A stretch of 43,904 bases of DNA, from positions 1 to 43,904 of the forward strand of contig JAYZQJ010000185.1 in NCBI GenBank assembly GCA_036149055.1, in the 5' to 3' direction. Below, in pieces: positions 8,433 through 19,484 of the stretch. Each line of letters begins with the position of its first letter. The stretch's first letter is position 1. The notes beneath the pieces are model-generated. The model made no database searches, was not told where the DNA came from, and saw only the letters and a list, made by a program, of their open reading frames with translations. Made by a program: the position numbers and the translations under genes. This DNA is from Myxococcota bacterium (lineage in GTDB: Bacteria > Myxococcota_A > Polyangia > Polyangiales > Sandaracinaceae).

Positions 8433-9949
8433 GATCGATTCTCCTCGTCCACAGGCAGGCGCACCCGGAACGCCGCGCCACCCTCCGGCGCCTCGTGGCA
8501 GCTGATCGCCCCGCCGTGCTCGAGCGCCACCTTCTTCACGATGGCGAGACCCAGCCCGGTGCCCTCCTGCTTGGTGGTGAAGTAGGGGTCGAAGACCCGC
8601 TCCCGCGCCTCCGGGGCGATGCCCGGTCCGTCGTCCCTCACCTCGAGCACCACGTCGTCTCCTTCGGGTCGCGCCGCGACCACCACCCGGCCGCCGCCTT
8701 CGGGGGCCGCGTGGGCCACCGCCTGCACCGCGTTCCGGACCAGGTTGTCGAGGGCGCGCCGCAGCATCTGAGCGTCGATCTTCACCGACATCGGGCCGGA
8801 CGCCACCTCGAGCGCGATCTCCGGGCTCTCCGCGCCTTCGAGCGACGGCGGCAGGAGCGCGGCCGCGTCCACCCCGCGCATCGCCTCGCGCACGAACGCG
8901 CCGAGATCGGCCGGCTCGAGGGCCGCGACCGGCAGCCGCGCGAACTCGCTGAACTCACCCACGAGCCGCCGCAGCGTGGCCACCTCCTCCTCGACGATCG
9001 CGCTCGCGTCGTCGAGCGTCCGGCGGAAGCGCGCGTCCTCCCCGCGGTAGGTCCGGTGCACCTGCTGCACGGCGAGCTGGATCGGGGTCAGCGGGTTCTT
9101 GATCTCGTGCGCGAGGCGCCGGGCGAACTCCTGCCACGCGCCGATCCGCTGCAGGTACTCGATCCGGTCCCGGCTCTCGCGGATGTCGCGCACCATCGCG
9201 TTGAACGCCCGGGTCAGCTCCGCCACCTCGTCCTGCCCGTCGAGCGGGACCTGCACGCCCAGGTCGCCGCGACCGACGCGCTCGGTGGCCTCCGCGAGCA
9301 CGGCCACGCGCCGGGTGACGCGCCGGCTGATCACGATGCCGACCGCGAGCGCGACCACGATCACGCTGAGCAGGAACGCGATGTAGACGGCGAGGTAGAA
9401 GCCGGTCACGTAGCTCGCGCCGCCGTGGAGGCGCGCGTACACGGTGGTCAGCTCGTCGGCGCGCTCGAACTCGCGGAAGGGCGCGATCGGGGTGGTGACG
9501 GTGATCAGGAAGCGCGCGCCGTCCGCCGCGGGACGCTGCAGGGTCAGCAGGCGGCTCCGCTCGGTGTCCAGGCGGTCGGGGCGCTCGGCGCTCGCGAGGA
9601 CCTCGCCCGAGGCCGACTCCACCACGACCCGCGCGACGTTGTCGTAGCGGTCGAGGGTGTCGTCGAGGAAGCGCGCCAGGGCCGCGCCATCGGCCGAGAG
9701 CGCCGCGTCCCCCCGGCGGTCGAAGGCCACCGAGTCCGCCGTCCGGTCGGCGTGGTCCCGCACCGCGCGGAAGTAGTCGCGGTAGACGTCGAGCGAGCCC
9801 TCGAGCTGATGGAGCACGCGGTCGTTGACCCCGACCTCGTAGGCCTCGGTCACTGCCGTCTGCCCGAACCAGAGGGCGCCGCCGAGGGTCACCGCCGCGA
9901 CGAGCGCGATGGCGGCGATGATGCGCCGCTCGAAGCGCCCCAGCCTCAC
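8429..9949 (-). CDS. NtrY-like HAMP sensor histidine kinase
   Basis: Two TM helices, HAMP (DEVAELTRAFNAMV), H-box WQEFARRLAHEIKNPLTPIQL, NLVRNA, DDGPG and FDPYFTTK..GTGLGL. Confidence 0.92.
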   Translation of the reverse strand: MRLGRFERRIIAAIALVAAVTLGGALWFGQTAVTEAYEVGVNDRVLHQLEGSLDVYRDYFRAVRDHADRTADSVAFDRRGDAALSADGAALARFLDDTLDRYDNVARVVVESASGEVLASAERPDRLDTERSRLLTLQRPAADGARFLITVTTPIAPFREFERADELTTVYARLHGGASYVTGFYLAVYIAFLLSVIVVALAVGIVISRRVTRRVAVLAEATERVGRGDLGVQVPLDGQDEVAELTRAFNAMVRDIRESRDRIEYLQRIGAWQEFARRLAHEIKNPLTPIQLAVQQVHRTYRGEDARFRRTLDDASAIVEEEVATLRRLVGEFSEFARLPVAALEPADLGAFVREAMRGVDAAALLPPSLEGAESPEIALEVASGPMSVKIDAQMLRRALDNLVRNAVQAVAHAAPEGGGRVVVAARPEGDDVVLEVRDDGPGIAPEARERVFDPYFTTKQEGTGLGLAIVKKVALEHGGAISCHEAPEGGAAFRVRLPVDEENRS

Positions 9950-10571
9950 CGGACCCTCACCGACTGCGAGCGGAAGCGCAGGGTGCGATCGGCTTCACCG
10001 ATGCGGCGGTTGACGAAGAGGCTGACGAACGAGCCGAAGAACGCGGTGCCGCCCACCCGGCCGCCGCCGACCGGCCGCGCGAGCCAGCGGCGGATGCGCT
10101 GCACCTCGGCCGGTGAGATCGGGTTGAGCTCGATGACGGCGGCGAAGTAGACGCTCTCTCCCCGCACCTCGCGCCAGTCGGAGGCGCGGCCGAGGGGCAG
10201 CTGCCGCGCCACGAGGCACCGGTCGAGCATCGCCTCCTCGGTCCCGAGCGCGACGGTCGCGTCGCGGCGCTCGTCCTGGACCTGCACGTGGTAGGTGCGC
10301 AGCCACGGATCGAAGGAGACGTTGCACTGGCGGATCGCCAGCGTGATCGGCTCACCGTTCGCCCGGTAGGCGTAGACCCGCATCACGAGCCGCTGCTCGG
10401 GACCGAAGCGCAAGATCTCGCGCACCTCGGCGTCGGCGAGGTCGGTCGCCCGGAAGTCGAGCTGCGGCACGCCCTCGCGCCAGTTCACCCCGACCCGGCG
10501 GCGAGGCACCTGCTGCGCGAGCGCCACCGAGGCGATCAGCGAGAGCGCGGCGGCGACGACGAGCCCGCGCC

Positions 10572-10575
<4 letters not shown>
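9946..10575 (-). CDS. Exported protein, DUF4390-like
   Basis: Signal peptide MRRGLVVAAALSLIASVALA, C.V.FDPW...Y.V and ELNPIS...IRRWL. It has 4-nt overlaps with both neighbours. This is the C-terminal part of track ORF 9946..11796. Confidence 0.65.
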
Positions 10576-12338
<1,763 letters not shown>

Positions 12339-12367
12339 GCGGCCGCGCGCAGCGTAGCGCGGCCGGT

Positions 12368-13669
12368 CTACTCGGTGCACTCGCCGAACTGACAGGTGCC
12401 CGCGCCGCAGCTCTGGCCGCAGGCCCCGCAGTTCTCCGCGTCGCTCGACAGATCGACGCAGCCGCTCGACCAGCCGCAGACCTCGCGCCCCGGCGGACAG
12501 CTCACCGGGGGCAGCAGCGCGAGCAGCGCGAGGATGGCCACGCCGAGCGCGACCGTCCCGAGCGTCCAGCCCGCCGCGCCCGCCAGCCCGCCGGGCGGCG
12601 GCGACGGCGTCTCGGGCGGCGCCGGCTCGGCGCTCTCCTTCTTCGGGGTCGGCTCCGGCGCGGCGGCCTCCTCGGCCTCGCTCGCCTCGGTCACCCGTTC
12701 TTCCTGGGGCGCCTCCGGCTCGGGAGCGGGCTGCGGCTTCTTCGGGGTCTTCTTCTTGGCCATCGGGGGGCTTTCTTCGATCCGGGCGCGCCGCTCGGGC
12801 TGCGCCTCGGTCAGCGCGAATTCGGCGGTGACGTCACCGCGCACGTGGCGGGTGCTCGCGTCCTCTTCCTGAGGCGGCGGCGGGTCGCCGGAGAGATAGA
12901 TCAGCCGCACCGTCTGCTCGTCGCGGCGGCGCGTGCGAGGCGGCGGCATCGAGTCGGGGCGCGGTCGCTTCTTCGGGGGCGGCGGCAGCGGAGGGCTGGT
13001 GCGGGTCGGGCTGCGCGCCTTCTCGCTGGTGTCGACCACCTCGGCGAGCGCCATCTCCACGACCCGCAGGAACTGACGGGTGTCCTCGCGCTTGGCGGGC
13101 GGCGCCGGCGCCCAGGCCTCCGCCTCGGGCGGCTCGGCGTGGTCGCGGTGGAACCGAGCGATCGCCTCTTCGTCGAGCCGCACCCGAAAGCGACCTTGCT
13201 CCCAGCCGAAGACCTCGTGCAGGTCGGCGGCGTCGCTTCCGTCGAGCTCGATCGCGAGCAGCTCCCCGCGCTCGTAGAACGCCTCCGCGCGCCGCCCCTC
13301 GTGGGTCAGCTCCAGCACGCCCGTCAGGCCCGCGTGCTCGCACCAGTTCATGAGATCGGCGGGCACGTGCACCGCGAGTGATCCCTGCTTGGTCCGACCG
13401 TCGCCGCGGGACACCGGCAGCTCGGGCAGCTCCTGACGGATCTCGTAGCGGAGCTCACCGGCCGACAGGAACGCGTCCACCGGGTCGTCGCCGTCGGACC
13501 GCGGCTTCTGGTCGACCGCGATCTCGCCACCGAACAGCAGGATCTCGCCCGACTTGCCGTCCGACTCGTAGCGCAGGACCCCGGTGACCCGGTTGGTCTC
13601 GAGCTCGCGCAGCAGATCGATCGCCCCGCCTTCGGGGATCTGACCGCGCGACGGAGGCGGGGACGACAT
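12368..13669 (-). CDS. Tandem DUF4388-like domains, Pro-rich linker, TM helix and C-terminal Cys-rich (Stig1-like) module
   Basis: Two copies of the ...TGVL.....G.......GE pattern and W.QGRF, a TM helix (LGTVALGVAILALLALL), then CPPGREVC...CVDLSSDAENCGACGQSC...C..GEC. Start could be 13690. Confidence 0.7.
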   Translation of the reverse strand: MSSPPPSRGQIPEGGAIDLLRELETNRVTGVLRYESDGKSGEILLFGGEIAVDQKPRSDGDDPVDAFLSAGELRYEIRQELPELPVSRGDGRTKQGSLAVHVPADLMNWCEHAGLTGVLELTHEGRRAEAFYERGELLAIELDGSDAADLHEVFGWEQGRFRVRLDEEAIARFHRDHAEPPEAEAWAPAPPAKREDTRQFLRVVEMALAEVVDTSEKARSPTRTSPPLPPPPKKRPRPDSMPPPRTRRRDEQTVRLIYLSGDPPPPQEEDASTRHVRGDVTAEFALTEAQPERRARIEESPPMAKKKTPKKPQPAPEPEAPQEERVTEASEAEEAAAPEPTPKKESAEPAPPETPSPPPGGLAGAAGWTLGTVALGVAILALLALLPPVSCPPGREVCGWSSGCVDLSSDAENCGACGQSCGAGTCQFGECTE

Positions 13670-13710
13670 AGGCGCGCGATTGTCGCCCATGCGGTCGCGC
13701 GCCGGCAAGA

Positions 13711-15390
13711 TCACTCCGCCAGCTTCAGCCCCCGGAGCCGGTCGATGGCGGCGCCCACCTCGAAGCGGCGGGGCATCGCGAGCTCCGGGGCGTCACGCAC
13801 CGCGAGCAGCGTCTCGTCTTCGACCCGCGCCATCAGCGCGTCCACGAGCGCGCTCACCGTGAGGGTCCCATCGGCGATCCCCTCGGCGCGCTCGAGCATC
13901 GCGCCGATCGCGCGCACCTGCGAGTCGTGCACCAGCTGCTCGACCGCCGACAGCTCCACCACCTCGTGCCCGAGGGTGAGCTCCCGGACCCCGCGAGACT
14001 TCACGCGCTTGCGCTTGCCGACGCGCGCGTCGAACGAGCGGCCCTGGGGTCTGCGGCTCGCGAAGGTCATCGGCGGCAGCGCGGGCTCGGGTCGCCGCCG
14101 GGTCGGCACTCGCTCGGCGACCGCGCGCGCCTCCTCGGTCACCTCCTCCGGCACGTAGGCCTCCATGCGGATCACGGTGGTGGCCACGTCGAGGTAGTCG
14201 CCGCTCCCGCCGAGCGCGAGCACCGTCGAGACCCCGTGCGCCTCGTGGAGCTCCCGGGCGCGATCGATGAGCGGAACGATCGGCTCGTGGGCCACGAGCG
14301 CCTGCATGCGCGCGTCGCGCACCAGCAGGTTGGTCGCGCAGGTGTCCTCGTCCAGGAGGAGCGCGCGCGCGCCGAGGTCGACCGCCTCCAGGATCGCCGC
14401 CGCGAGCGAGGTCGAGCCCGAGGCGTCCGGGGTCGAGAAGCGCGCGGTGTCGCGGCCCCGGGGGAGGTCACGGATGAACGGCCGGAGGTCGACGCCCACC
14501 ACGCTGCGCCCGTCCTCGCTCCGCACCTTCACCGCGTCGGGCCTCGTGACCACCCACTCGCGACCGTCGCCGGGCACGTGCGGGTAGACCCCGAGCTGGA
14601 GCGCCTCGAGCAGGGTCGTCTTGCCGTGGAAGCCGCCGCCGACCAGCAGGGTGACGCCTTCGGGCACGCCCATGCCCTCCACCTCTCCGTGGTGCAGGGT
14701 GGGCAAGCGCACCCGCAGGCGCTCGGGGCTGCGGAACGGGACCGCGCCCTCGAGCGGCGACGACGACACCCCGCTCGCGCGCGGCAGCACGGCGCCGTCC
14801 CGCACGAAGGCGACGAGGCCGCGCTCGGCGAGCTGTCCCTGCAGGTGACGGTGGTCCTCGACGAGCTCGACCTGGGCCTTCACCTCGTCCGGGTCGAGGG
14901 CGTCCCAGGCGATGACGCCAGCCGCGGCCGGGAGATCCTCGGTGAGCAGGCGCGCGGCGGCGTGGCCGAGGATCGAGCGCCCGCGGGCCGGCAGGCCGAC
15001 GCGGAAGCGGAGCTCGAGGCACGCGTCGAAGATCAGGCACCCGGTGCGGGCGAGGATCTGGGCCCCTCCCGCGTCCACCTTCACCCGCCCGGAGCCGCCG
15101 CTGCCGCCCGCGGACAGCTCGGCCGTCTCCTCCGCGAACACGTCCAGCAGCAGATCCGCCAGCGCGGTCCGCCGCACCGGCGACGAGAACCACTCGGGCG
15201 GGATGCCGTGCCGCTCGTGCGGGATGCGGATGCGCAGGCTCGAGGGCGTGGCGAAGGGGTCGCCCTGCACGTGGTCCACGAAGAGGGTGAAGCCGTCTCC
15301 CTCCCACGCGCCCCGGATCGACTTGTAGGCGGGGTAGCCGCGTCGTTCGAGGCCGCGCAGCCGGGAGGCGAGGTCGTCCAGGGTGGCCAT
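13711..15390 (-). CDS. ABC-class ATPase domain protein (COG3044 / MRB1590-like)
   Basis: GYPAYK, DHVQGDPFA.PS, Walker A GGGFHGKTT, RSEDGR, ASGSTS, Walker B LLLDEDTCATN and RRFEVGAAIDRLR. Confidence 0.88.
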   Translation of the reverse strand: MATLDDLASRLRGLERRGYPAYKSIRGAWEGDGFTLFVDHVQGDPFATPSSLRIRIPHERHGIPPEWFSSPVRRTALADLLLDVFAEETAELSAGGSGGSGRVKVDAGGAQILARTGCLIFDACLELRFRVGLPARGRSILGHAAARLLTEDLPAAAGVIAWDALDPDEVKAQVELVEDHRHLQGQLAERGLVAFVRDGAVLPRASGVSSSPLEGAVPFRSPERLRVRLPTLHHGEVEGMGVPEGVTLLVGGGFHGKTTLLEALQLGVYPHVPGDGREWVVTRPDAVKVRSEDGRSVVGVDLRPFIRDLPRGRDTARFSTPDASGSTSLAAAILEAVDLGARALLLDEDTCATNLLVRDARMQALVAHEPIVPLIDRARELHEAHGVSTVLALGGSGDYLDVATTVIRMEAYVPEEVTEEARAVAERVPTRRRPEPALPPMTFASRRPQGRSFDARVGKRKRVKSRGVRELTLGHEVVELSAVEQLVHDSQVRAIGAMLERAEGIADGTLTVSALVDALMARVEDETLLAVRDAPELAMPRRFEVGAAIDRLRGLKLAE

Positions 15391-15433
15391 GGGGTCGGCG
15401 ATCATGCAGGCTCCGGGGCCGGCGCGACCAGCG

Positions 15434-16129
15434 ATGAATCTGCGAGAAACGACCTTCGGCCTCCTCCTCGTCCTCTCCTCCGCGGCGTGCGGAGGCCCGG
15501 CGACCGGCGCGCAGACCGGCCCCGGCCCCGAGTGCGAGGCCGCGCGAGGCGAGGCGGCCACCCGCTGGGACGCGGTGGCGACCGCGGCCGAGGCCGAGGC
15601 GGCGCCCCCCGACCGCGATCCACTGGCGGCGGAGACCGCGCTCGATCGCCTGCAAGATCACCTCGCCGCGCTCCGCGAGGCGCCCCGCGAGGTCGACGGC
15701 GAAGAGGCGATGGCGCTGTCCCGCGCGGTCATGGACGGCATCGACGAGGTCGGCGCCGACCTGCCGACGTCGGTGCGCGAGCGCGCCGACGACGCGGCGG
15801 AGGCGCTGCTCACCGATCGCAGCGAGCAGGGCGCGGTCCGCGCGACCCAGGGCGCCATCCTGGCCCTCGAGTCGGTGCTCGACGAAGCCCGCCCCGGCAG
15901 CGGCGAGGAGCGTCGCGCCCGGGACGCCGCCCGAGACCTCGCCCGACGCTCGCGCCGCGCCGCCGAAGCCTACGCGGCGGGCGTACGAGAAGGCGACCGC
16001 GCCGCCGACCGCGCCGAGACGGCCCCCGTGTCTCCCGCGATCCGCCCCTCCCGCGACGCCGCCCGCGACGCCAGCGCCGAAGCCCGCGCCGCCTGCCGCA
16101 TCGACCGCGTCCTCGCCGTCCCTCGCTGA
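15434..16129 (+). CDS. Hypothetical alpha-helical lipoprotein
   Basis: Lipobox-type signal LLLVLSSAAC and an Ala/Arg/Glu-rich helical body with two further Cys. Confidence 0.65.
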   Translation: MNLRETTFGLLLVLSSAACGGPATGAQTGPGPECEAARGEAATRWDAVATAAEAEAAPPDRDPLAAETALDRLQDHLAALREAPREVDGEEAMALSRAVMDGIDEVGADLPTSVRERADDAAEALLTDRSEQGAVRATQGAILALESVLDEARPGSGEERRARDAARDLARRSRRAAEAYAAGVREGDRAADRAETAPVSPAIRPSRDAARDASAEARAACRIDRVLAVPR

Positions 16130-17060
16130 CGACCGGGGGACCAATAATCTCGCGCAGAGACGCAGAGAAGAGCCAGCAGGCCGCGCGATGATCGCCGGCC
16201 ACGCCCGACCACGACTCACGCTCGTTCGGAAAGAGCGGGCGCTCTCGAGACTCTCCGGGAAGGAGTGGGCCCGCGCAAAGCCGCGAAGCCGCAAAGAGAG
16301 GACAGGCAGCGGGATGGTCACAGGCCACCCTCTCGACGGTGAGCTCTTGGCCGACGACCGGGGGACAAATTATCTCGCGCAGAGACGCAGAGGCGCAGAG
16401 AAGAGGGGGACTGGCTTCGGGATAGCTGCCGGCCACGCCGGACCGCGGCCGTCCGCTCACGCTCCGCTCGGCAAGGAGTGGGCTCTCGCAAAGCCGCAAG
16501 GCCGCAAAGAGGGGTCGGGCAGCGGGACGGTCGCAGGCCGCGCCCGACCGCCCCCGACCGCGCCCGTCACCTCACCACCGCGACCTCGCCAGAGCTCGGC
16601 ACGTGCCCCACGACCCCGTCACCGCTCGCCCGGTCCACCCCGCCCGCTCTGCGCCTCTGCGCGAGAAAAACCACTGGCGCCCACACCAGCGCGACCGGCC
16701 ACAGCCCGGCCAGCCGCCGTCCCGCCGCCACCCAGCCCCTTGGCGTCTTTGCGTCTTTGCGAGAAAAAACGCAGCGGCCGAGACCGCAGCGACTCGCCGC
16801 GGCCCGGCCAGCCGCCATCCCGCGGCCACTCAGCCCCTTGGCGGCTTGGCGCCTTGGCGAGAGCAAAATGCAGCCGCCCACACCAGCGCGACCCGCCACA
16901 GCCCGGCCAGTCGCCACCCCGCCGCCGCCCAGCCCCGTGGCGGTTTGGCGAGAGCAAAAGGGCGGTCGCCCACACCAGAGCGACCTGCCACGGCCAGGCC
17001 AGCCGCCATCTCGCGGCCACTCAGCCCCTTGGCGGCTTGGCGCCTTGGCGAGAGCAAATT
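16128..17060. repeat. Intergenic composite repeat cluster A (REP/BIME-like; 8-nt tandem arms in inverted orientation)
   Basis: Forward arms tctcgcgcagagacgcagag / ctctcgcaaagccgcaaggccgcaaag at ~16148, 16271, 16373 and 16483. Reverse arms ctctgcgcctctgcgcgaga / cttggcggcttggcgccttggcgagag at ~16647, 16739, 16837, 16936 and 17028. Confidence 0.9.
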
Positions 17061-17100
17061 GCAGCCGCCGAGGCCGCAAGGTTCACGGGGCGCTGCGGGA

Positions 17101-17140
17101 GAAAGAAGAAAGCCCGCGCCGACTCGGGTCGGGCACGGGC
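17101..17140 (-). terminator. Probable intrinsic terminator of gdhA
   Basis: Minus strand gcccgtgcccgac-ccga-gtcggcgcgggc hairpin followed by tttcttctttc, 40 nt after the gdhA stop. Confidence 0.65.
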
Positions 17141-17179
17141 GGGGGCACGGGCAGGGGCACGGGGCCCTCGCGGTGCGTT

Positions 17180-18442
17180 CTACGGGAAGATGCCGCGCTC
17201 GTGGTACGCGGTCTTGATGGCCTCGAGGGCCAGGGAGTACGCGGCGATGCGCATGTTCACGCCGCGCTCGCGGGAGAAGGAGACCACGCGGTGGTAGGCC
17301 TTCTTCATCTTGCGCTCGAGCTTCTCGTCGACCTCCTCGAGGTCCCAGGTCTCGCTGCGCTTGTTCTGGATCCACTCGAAGTAGCTGACGGTCACGCCGC
17401 CCGAGTTGGCGAGCACGTCCGGGATCACCGGGATGCCCTTGTCGGCGAGGATGGCCTCGCCCTCGGGGTTGAGCGGGCCGTTGGCGCCCTCGGCGATGAG
17501 CTTCACGTCGAGCGCCTCGGCCTCGGCCGCGCCCACCTGGTTCTCGAGGGCCGCCGGGATGAAGAGGTCGGCCTTGATCCCGAAGAAGTCCTCGCGCGAG
17601 ATCTCCGAGCCCGCGCTGTAGCCGGCGATGGAGCCGTTGTGCTTCACGTAGTCGGCGAGCTTGTGCGGGTTGAAGCCCTCGGGGTTGTAGAGGTAGCCCG
17701 AGTGATCGCCGGTCGCGACGGTGCTGACGCCGAGCTTGTTGAGGAGCAGCGCGGCGTGGCTGCCGACGTTGCCGAAGCCCTGGATGATGGCGGTCTTGCC
17801 GGCGAGGTCGAAGCTGTTCTCCTTCGCCCACTCGGTGACGCAGTGCACGAGGCCCTGCGAGGTCGCCTTGTCGCGACCGTGCGAGCCGCCGCAGGTCAGC
17901 GTCTTGCCGGTGACGATGCGCATCTGCGCGTTCTTCATCGCGTGGCCGACGGTGTTCATGTAGGTGTCCATCACCCACACCATCGTCTGCGCGTTGGTGC
18001 CGACGTCGGGCGCCGGGATGTCGTACTCGGGGCCGATGTTGGCGCCGAGCGCGTGGGTGAACCGGCGGGTGACGCGACGAAGCTCCTCGTGCGTCATCGT
18101 GTGCGGGTTCATCTTGACGCCGCCTTTGCCACCCCCGAACGGGATCTCCATGAGGGCGCACTTCCACGTCATCATCGAGGCCAGCGCCTTCAGGTCGTCG
18201 AGGCTCACGCTCTCGTGGAAGCGGAGCCCGCCCTTGTACGGCCCGAGCAAGTTGTTGTGCTGGACGCGGTAGCCCTTGAAGACCCGGGTCTGGCCGTTGT
18301 CCATCTTCACGGGGAAGTGGACGATGATCTCGTTCTTCGGCTGGGCGAGGATGGTCGCCACGTGGTCGGGCAGGTCGATGACGCGGCCGGCCTCTTCCAG
18401 GTAACCCTGGACGACCTTGAAGAACTTGTAGTCGCTGGACAT
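17180..18442 (-). CDS. gdhA: Glutamate dehydrogenase (Glu/Leu/Phe/Val dehydrogenase family)
   Basis: GYRVQHNN.LGPYKGGLRF, MTWKCA, PFGGGKGG, DIPAPDVGT, IQGFGNVG, EGANGP and NSGGVTVSYFEW. AGGAGG RBS before ATG 18442. Confidence 0.93.
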   Translation of the reverse strand: MSSDYKFFKVVQGYLEEAGRVIDLPDHVATILAQPKNEIIVHFPVKMDNGQTRVFKGYRVQHNNLLGPYKGGLRFHESVSLDDLKALASMMTWKCALMEIPFGGGKGGVKMNPHTMTHEELRRVTRRFTHALGANIGPEYDIPAPDVGTNAQTMVWVMDTYMNTVGHAMKNAQMRIVTGKTLTCGGSHGRDKATSQGLVHCVTEWAKENSFDLAGKTAIIQGFGNVGSHAALLLNKLGVSTVATGDHSGYLYNPEGFNPHKLADYVKHNGSIAGYSAGSEISREDFFGIKADLFIPAALENQVGAAEAEALDVKLIAEGANGPLNPEGEAILADKGIPVIPDVLANSGGVTVSYFEWIQNKRSETWDLEEVDEKLERKMKKAYHRVVSFSRERGVNMRIAAYSLALEAIKTAYHERGIFP

Positions 18443-18587
18443 GCGCCTCCTGAAGGGTGGGGAAGTCGAGGCCGTGATAGCCCGCGCCGGCGAGGCGTCA
18501 ACGACGCGACGCGTCACCCCACGCGTCAAATAACGGCGAAATCTCCGCGGAATCGACCGGCTGGCCTCCGCGGCCTCGTGTGAAGCC

Positions 18588-19484
18588 TCACTCCCAGAAG
18601 ACGGGGACGGTCGTCGGGAGCTCCAGGACCCAGTGGGTGTAGAGGAGCGTGACCGTCGCCGTGAACATCAGGGCGTCGATCCGATCGAGCAGCCCGCCGT
18701 GGCCCGGGATGATGAACCCGCTGTCCTTGACCCCGGTGCTGCGCTTGATCACCGAGATGCAGAGGTCGCCCGCCTGCCCGATCGCGCCGGCCACGAGCGC
18801 GAGCACGACCGCGTGGAGGACCGAGAGGGCGGGCAGCCAGAGGTAGTGGATGACCACCGCGAAGCCGACCACCGCCGCGAGCCCGCCGATGGCGCCCTCG
18901 ATGGTCTTCTTCGGCGAGATCTTCGCGTAGAGCTTGTGCTTGCCGAAGGCGCGGCCGGCGAAGTAGCCGCCCGTGTCGCTGCCCCACGCGAGGGCCATGC
19001 TGAGCACCACCCAGGTGCCGCCGTTGGGGAGGTGATGGAGCTTCGCGATCGCGGCGACCGCTCCGCCGACGTAGATGGGGCCCGCGATCAGCCAGCCCAT
19101 GCGCCGGGCCGCGGTCTCCATCGGGTCGGGGCGCACGAGCAGCGCCAGCGCTCCGGTGACGAAGACGCCGAAGAGCAGCGTCGAGAGCGCCTCGACCGTG
19201 GGCAGGAACACCAGCACCCCGGTCACCGTCAGGCTGGCGAGGATCAGCCAGACCCGCAGCGCGCGAGACTCCTTCTGGGTCATCGCGGCGAGCTCCTGGG
19301 CGGCGATGCCCGACGCGCAGACGCCGAAGATCGAGAAGACCCAGGGAGGCGCCAGATAGAGCATCCACAGGATGATGGGGATGCCCACCGCCGCGGTGAG
19401 CAGACGGATGGCGAGGTTGGACGGGCCCTTCTTCGCCTCGGGCTCGCCGCTCTTCTTCTCTGCTTCTTGGTTCGCTTCAGGCAT
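18588..19484 (-). CDS. cdsA: Phosphatidate cytidylyltransferase
   Basis: W.SDTGGYFAGRAFGKHKL...ISPKKTIEG and KR..GVKDSG..IPGHGGLLDRID; directly follows uppS. Confidence 0.94.
   Translation of the reverse strand: MPEANQEAEKKSGEPEAKKGPSNLAIRLLTAAVGIPIILWMLYLAPPWVFSIFGVCASGIAAQELAAMTQKESRALRVWLILASLTVTGVLVFLPTVEALSTLLFGVFVTGALALLVRPDPMETAARRMGWLIAGPIYVGGAVAAIAKLHHLPNGGTWVVLSMALAWGSDTGGYFAGRAFGKHKLYAKISPKKTIEGAIGGLAAVVGFAVVIHYLWLPALSVLHAVVLALVAGAIGQAGDLCISVIKRSTGVKDSGFIIPGHGGLLDRIDALMFTATVTLLYTHWVLELPTTVPVFWE

Noticed and set aside
16188..17297. ORFs across repeat cluster A (e.g. 16188..17297, 16567..17079, 15810..16499)
   Set aside because: They only translate the repeat arms (LCASAR, AKPQGRK, WRLGALAR), are open in several frames on both strands, and lack codon bias.
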